DNA of 64,000 nt from Ostrea edulis (Eukaryota). The position numbers and the translations under genes are program-made. Below are positions 59,861 through 64,000 of this stretch, one piece after another. The stretch covers positions 64,294,001-64,358,000 of the forward strand of contig NC_079166.1 in NCBI RefSeq assembly GCF_947568905.1. The letters are read 5' to 3'. The notes under the pieces were generated by a model. It was not told the DNA's origin and did no database searches. It was given only the letters and a program-made list of their open reading frames with translations. How positions within the stretch are numbered: the stretch's first letter is position 1; the number at the start of each line of letters is the position of its first letter.

Positions 59861-60789
59861 CATGGATTAAGTGTGGGTTTGTATCCGTGGAGCTCCAAAT
59901 TAATAAACTCAAATAATTGATACAATTCAATTATTGCGCATAATGATTGAATTTATGCATGAGGGCATCAAATCAATTAATTATTGCTCTCATCAATTCA
60001 ATTGATGAGAGCAATTATTTATTTGATGCGCGCATTTGGTGCTTGGTATAAAAGATTTGATGATCTTAATTAATGATATCTTTAATCATTTACAACTCTT
60101 TTGTATAAGGAATTAATGCGCGTATCAATTCTATTAAAGAGAGCAACAATTCAATTAAGAGATCATTAATTAAATTGTGGATATCTCAAACTATAAACCT
60201 GCTCTCTTTAAAAGACTTATTGCGTGCAATTTCCGAGTTGCCCAATAGTTATTTCCTTTTCTTGAACTCTTACGCACAGTGGGACGCAAAACATAAAGCC
60301 GTTCTTTGAACATCGGAAGGCCTCGGGTACCAGGCTATAGGAACTCCTCGAATCAATCGGATCACGCGCTCGTCCTTTGCGGTTACGGAAATAGCCGAGT
60401 AGTTACGATTGCTCCTCGAATGTCTCGCGCACTCGACATAGATTGCGCGAGACATTGGAGGAGTTCCGATTGCACGTGGTGGGTACAAATGCTTATCGCT
60501 ACCTTCATATATTGCATAAAGGATAATTACCAGACATCATGCAACCACCCGAACTGCACGGACACACAATTTTATTAAGTTTATGAGTTTTTGATAATAA
60601 AATAGCTCAAACAAAAATCGATAATCACCATCTTTCTTTGATAAAAGTATCCCTCGTGCAAAAGAGGAAATAAATAATAATTTCCTATTTCATCTAATGG
60701 CCTAATTCAAACAAATTATTCTTGATATAGGGACAGTTTAATGTGTACCGACGGCTGATATAAACAAAACGCTTTCATATCTTATCCTT

Positions 60790-61010
60790 GTTTATCAGCT
60801 CGTACGCCTAGCTGTCTTGCTGTTCGTCTGTCTGTCCAAAACTTTTCACATTTTAATCTTCTTCTCCAGAGCCACTGACTCAATTTCAATCAAACTTGGC
60901 ACGAATCATCGTGGGTAAAGGTTGGTTGGTTTTATTTTTCACTCATATGGAGATGTCACCATTGCATGCCGTTGAAGGGCTGCAAAAGTTAGGCCTATGC
61001 TCGGCGTTTA
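60790..61010. mobile_element. Inverted CvA-like 3' end followed by a SINE fragment
   Basis: tgtctgtc microsatellite and ttttcacattttaatcttcttc mirror 43470-43530; tcactcatatggaga...gaagggctgcaaaa.ttaggcctatgctcggcg resembles an oyster SINE (from recall). Confidence 0.5.
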
Positions 61011-61020
61011 TAACTGTACT

Positions 61021-61122
61021 ATCTCGGCTGAGATTCGGCTTGGCTACATATATTTGGACTGACGCCTTCACCGGTGAAGGCGTCAGTCCAAATATTCAGC
61101 CGAGCCGAATCTCAACCGAGAT
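61021..61122. repeat. 102-bp foldback with a 46-bp perfect loopless palindrome core
   Basis: atatttggactgacgccttcacc|ggtgaaggcgtcagtccaaatat (61050-61095) plus 25-bp outer arms with 2 mismatches. Confidence 0.95.
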
Positions 61123-61499
61123 TAAACATTTACTGACTCATGTAACGTACTTTTCTTTTGTAGGGGTTTTTGTAAAGTTTTGGAATCCAGTATAGATACG
61201 GCAACTCAATTTAATTCATCCCATTGATTCCAGGATATTAAATGTGTTTAAAACTTAAATGTGATTTTGAAGATTTTCGTCTTTTGAAAGGGAACTTTGA
61301 GTATAAATTGGATGACCAAATGAGGAATTAAAGCCCAAGTTTTCTAAAATACATTTGCAATAGTACACCTTACAAACGAAGACAACGATGGATACCAGCC
61401 TATCAGAAAGCTCGGGATTTTTCAATCATATAATAGGGAGTGTAAATGATACCTGTTTAGAAAGAGGCCTTATATGTCAGAATCGGAAAGGAAAACACC

Positions 61500-62330
61500 G
61501 AATATGGTGAAGTAATTGGACAACATGGCTCATGGTTAAATAAAAGAAAATGAAAACAATATTTGTAGACTTTTATGTATTAAACAAACTGATTATAGGC
61601 ATATTATTCCTACACAAACGGATCCACAAATCCACATGGGTGATACCAGACCACACAACGGACAAGCAGATAGAACAAATCTGCATAAATAAAACATTCA
61701 GTAGACCCCTACATGATACATGTATTGGGGTAAACCAGCAGCGGTTACAACTCCAGACCACCACTTATTGGTGACACGTGTCACGCTGAAGCTTAAGGGG
61801 AAAATCAGAAACAAATCCACAGAGGTGCAAACACAACACCCGACTCATCAGAAATACCCAAACAGGAACATGATATAACTAGCAAAATACCCAATACTAC
61901 AAGAAGAAAAATGAATACGACACAGTTGATTCTTCTTTGGGTATCATGAAGGAGACCTTTTTCTCGAGTTGTCAGGAAATACCTCGTTTCATATAATACC
62001 ATCACAAAGAGTGGACCACAAAAAAAAAAAACACTTGGCAAAATAAAGAACAGGGAAAAGAAAAGAGGCAGTGGTCCATTCTAGCAGAACAAGAGCTTAA
62101 AAGGCACAGGAAAGTACTCGTAAACATACATACTTAGCAGAATATCATGGCTGACAAAAGGATGTATATTGACGAGTTAGCAGAAGAAGCCAAATCGGGA
62201 AACATGAAAGACTTATACAGTCAAGGAATTGGATGGCAAGCATAGCAAGCTAGAAAAGACATCAAATGGAATTTACAGCACAAGATAGAAAACCCTGGAC
62301 AAATCTTGTAGATGACCATGCCTCAAAAGG
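61500..62330 (+). pseudogene. RTE-clade LINE remnant (endonuclease end and linker)
   Basis: RIHKSTWVIPDHTTDKQIEQICINKTFSR resembles RTE HKxTWxSPDxxTxNQIDHI; downstream ADKRMYIDELAEEAKSGNMKDLY; many frameshifts. Confidence 0.72.
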
Positions 62331-62439
62331 GGTAGCGGACATCAGTAATCAAGAAATAAGTCTTGAGCTGTATTGAGTCTTGATCAGTTAACCTTTATCT
62401 ATAATTAAACGTATTGTTCCACGACATATGCCAGAAGTG

Positions 62440-63520
62440 GTGTAAATCAAATGTGGATTCTAAAGATTCTTAAGAACTTATAGTAAATTTAAAATAACAA
62501 AACTTTTCTCAAATCCACATGAAAACGTACGAGTTTTCAACACTTTATACGACCATTCTTTACGATAGATTAAAGACTGTGAACTCTTTGACGTCATAGA
62601 AAGTTGCTTCTTCAATAAAATGGGAAAGGAAATATTCATATCATCAAAAAAATTATTTTAACACCACTATGATTCTACGCACAATTATTCTGAAGTTGAT
62701 ATTTAAAAAAGATGCTGGAGTTTATCATTGACAATATCTTCTTGGAATTCCCATGGGCACGAAACGTGCTCCTTTTTATCAGCTGACCTGTTTTAATATT
62801 CTTACGAGACAGAATTTATTCAAATGCTTCTACATGAGAGGAAAAAATATCTTGTTGTGGCTTTCAAATCGACATTTGGATATATCGACGACGTTTTATC
62901 TATTAACAATTATCATTTTCATTCATATGTCGATGTAATGAAGAGTTGAAGATAACAAACACTGATCAATCTCATTACCTCAGTGAACTCGAAATGAAAG
63001 ACACCACAGTTTTCCACATCTGCTTCGCACTTAGATTTTTCATTGGACATATATGTTAACGGCAAACTAACAACTAAACTCTATGGTAAACGGGATGACT
63101 TCAGGTTCTCTATTGTCAACTTTCCATATTTATGTAGCAATATTCCATTATCACCTGCATAATGAAATTTGTTTCTCTCAACTGATTCAATACGCATGAG
63201 TCAGCATTTCGCAAATTTTACGGTCGTTATAACGATCTGATTTACCTATACAACCCGTCATTGGATCAAATGCTGTTTGACCTGTTTATTACCAATTGAA
63301 GCCGTTCTTTGCTAACTGATTTTGACTACGGATTACTCCGTTTACCCGGTCGAGATATAAGGCTCGCGGTGGTTGTGACCGGTCGAAAGGGGATGTTTAC
63401 TCCTTCTAGGCACCTGATCCCACCTCTGGTCTGTTCAGGGCCGGGGTCTGTGTTTGCCATACTCTTAATTCTGTATTCTTTATAGGAATTATGACATCAA
63501 TCGTTATTTGTTATCTTAAC
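62440..63520 (+). pseudogene. Penelope-like retroelement reverse transcriptase remnant
   Basis: NQMWIL, KTYEFSTLYTTI, GIPMGT (62744), YIDDVLSINN (62881) and KRDDFRFSIVNFPYLCSNIPLSPA; frameshifts and deletions. Confidence 0.8.
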
Positions 63521-63549
63521 CTTTTCCTGTGATAATAAGTCATCTATCA

Positions 63550-64000
63550 AAATCCATAATTGGTCAGTAGTTCGAGGTAAGTGTATAGATTGGTGAAAAG
63601 TAACGGCCTTCTGCACCTTGGAAATCCATCTGTCCATTTGATAATATTGTGTGCCTCTTGTCTTATAGCATTTTCTAGTTAAGCTATGATTGTGGTACAA
63701 TTAAGAATGACACGTGCCAATCAAACAGTACAGATAAAAGAACGAATTCTTTTCATTTTGTCTGGTGCATGGCAGGGCAAGATGAGGACTAGCCTGCTAT
63801 GTAGATTGACGCCATATCCAGTCAAGAATTGTGGTAGAACGAGGTGTAGTCATCGTTATTGTTGGAGACAGTGTGAGGCGGTATTTTGTCAAGTTCTGTT
63901 GGCAGTACGTAGCAGCTCTTCGGGTGTTTTACATGCACAGTAATCTGTCAATCTGTCATCTGCCAATTTTGCAACAGAGCCTTCCGCAAGTAGGTCACCT
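63550..64000 (-). pseudogene. Possible second LINE RT remnant
   Basis: GSVAKLADD...TPEELL weakly resembles the (F/Y)ADD motif region; heavily degraded and truncated by the window edge. Confidence 0.3.

Noticed and set aside
60276-60310. CACAGTG as an RSS heptamer or Transib/RAG-like end
   Set aside because: No nonamer at 12 or 23 bp spacing, no matching inverted end found, and no RAG-like coding sequence.
61840-63520. Hammerhead ribozyme associated with the Penelope-like element
   Set aside because: The only CTGATGAG nearby (minus, ~61844-61851) lies in the RTE fragment and lacks stem II and GAAA; I found no intact core at the PLE end.

Overview
AT-rich eukaryotic genomic DNA. The repeat content (CvA/pearl-like elements with ~155-167 bp cores, tRNA-derived SINEs, Penelope-type RT) suggests a bivalve, probably an oyster; this is inference. 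Positions 580-38641 hold the 5' three quarters of a minus-strand outer-arm axonemal dynein heavy chain gene of the DNAH5/DNAH8 (gamma-type) family. I traced 51 GT-AG coding exons by hand with consistent phases (10,302 nt, about 3,434 aa), from the start codon through the tail, linker, AAA1-AAA4 P-loops and into the stalk; the gene continues off the left edge. Its promoter carries X-box-like and E2F-like sites, and two frame-preserving cassette micro-exons are possible. A 722-aa minus-strand ORF with no family I recognise lies at 43888-46056, with a splice acceptor 1 nt before its ATG and a possible first exon near 59.1 kb. From 42 to 64 kb the sequence is mostly decayed and nested mobile DNA: a Tc1 remnant, Helentron/HINE-like satellite carriers, PIF-like MITEs, CA-ended TIR elements with 5-, 6- and 8-bp target duplications, an ISL2EU-like two-gene element with mirrored upstream regions, RTE and Penelope-like fragments, and several almost loopless palindromes. 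I found no CRISPR array, rRNA, functional tRNA or clearly new multi-gene system. The best leads are the orphan ORF, the ISL2EU mirrored regions, the TSD series and the palindromes.
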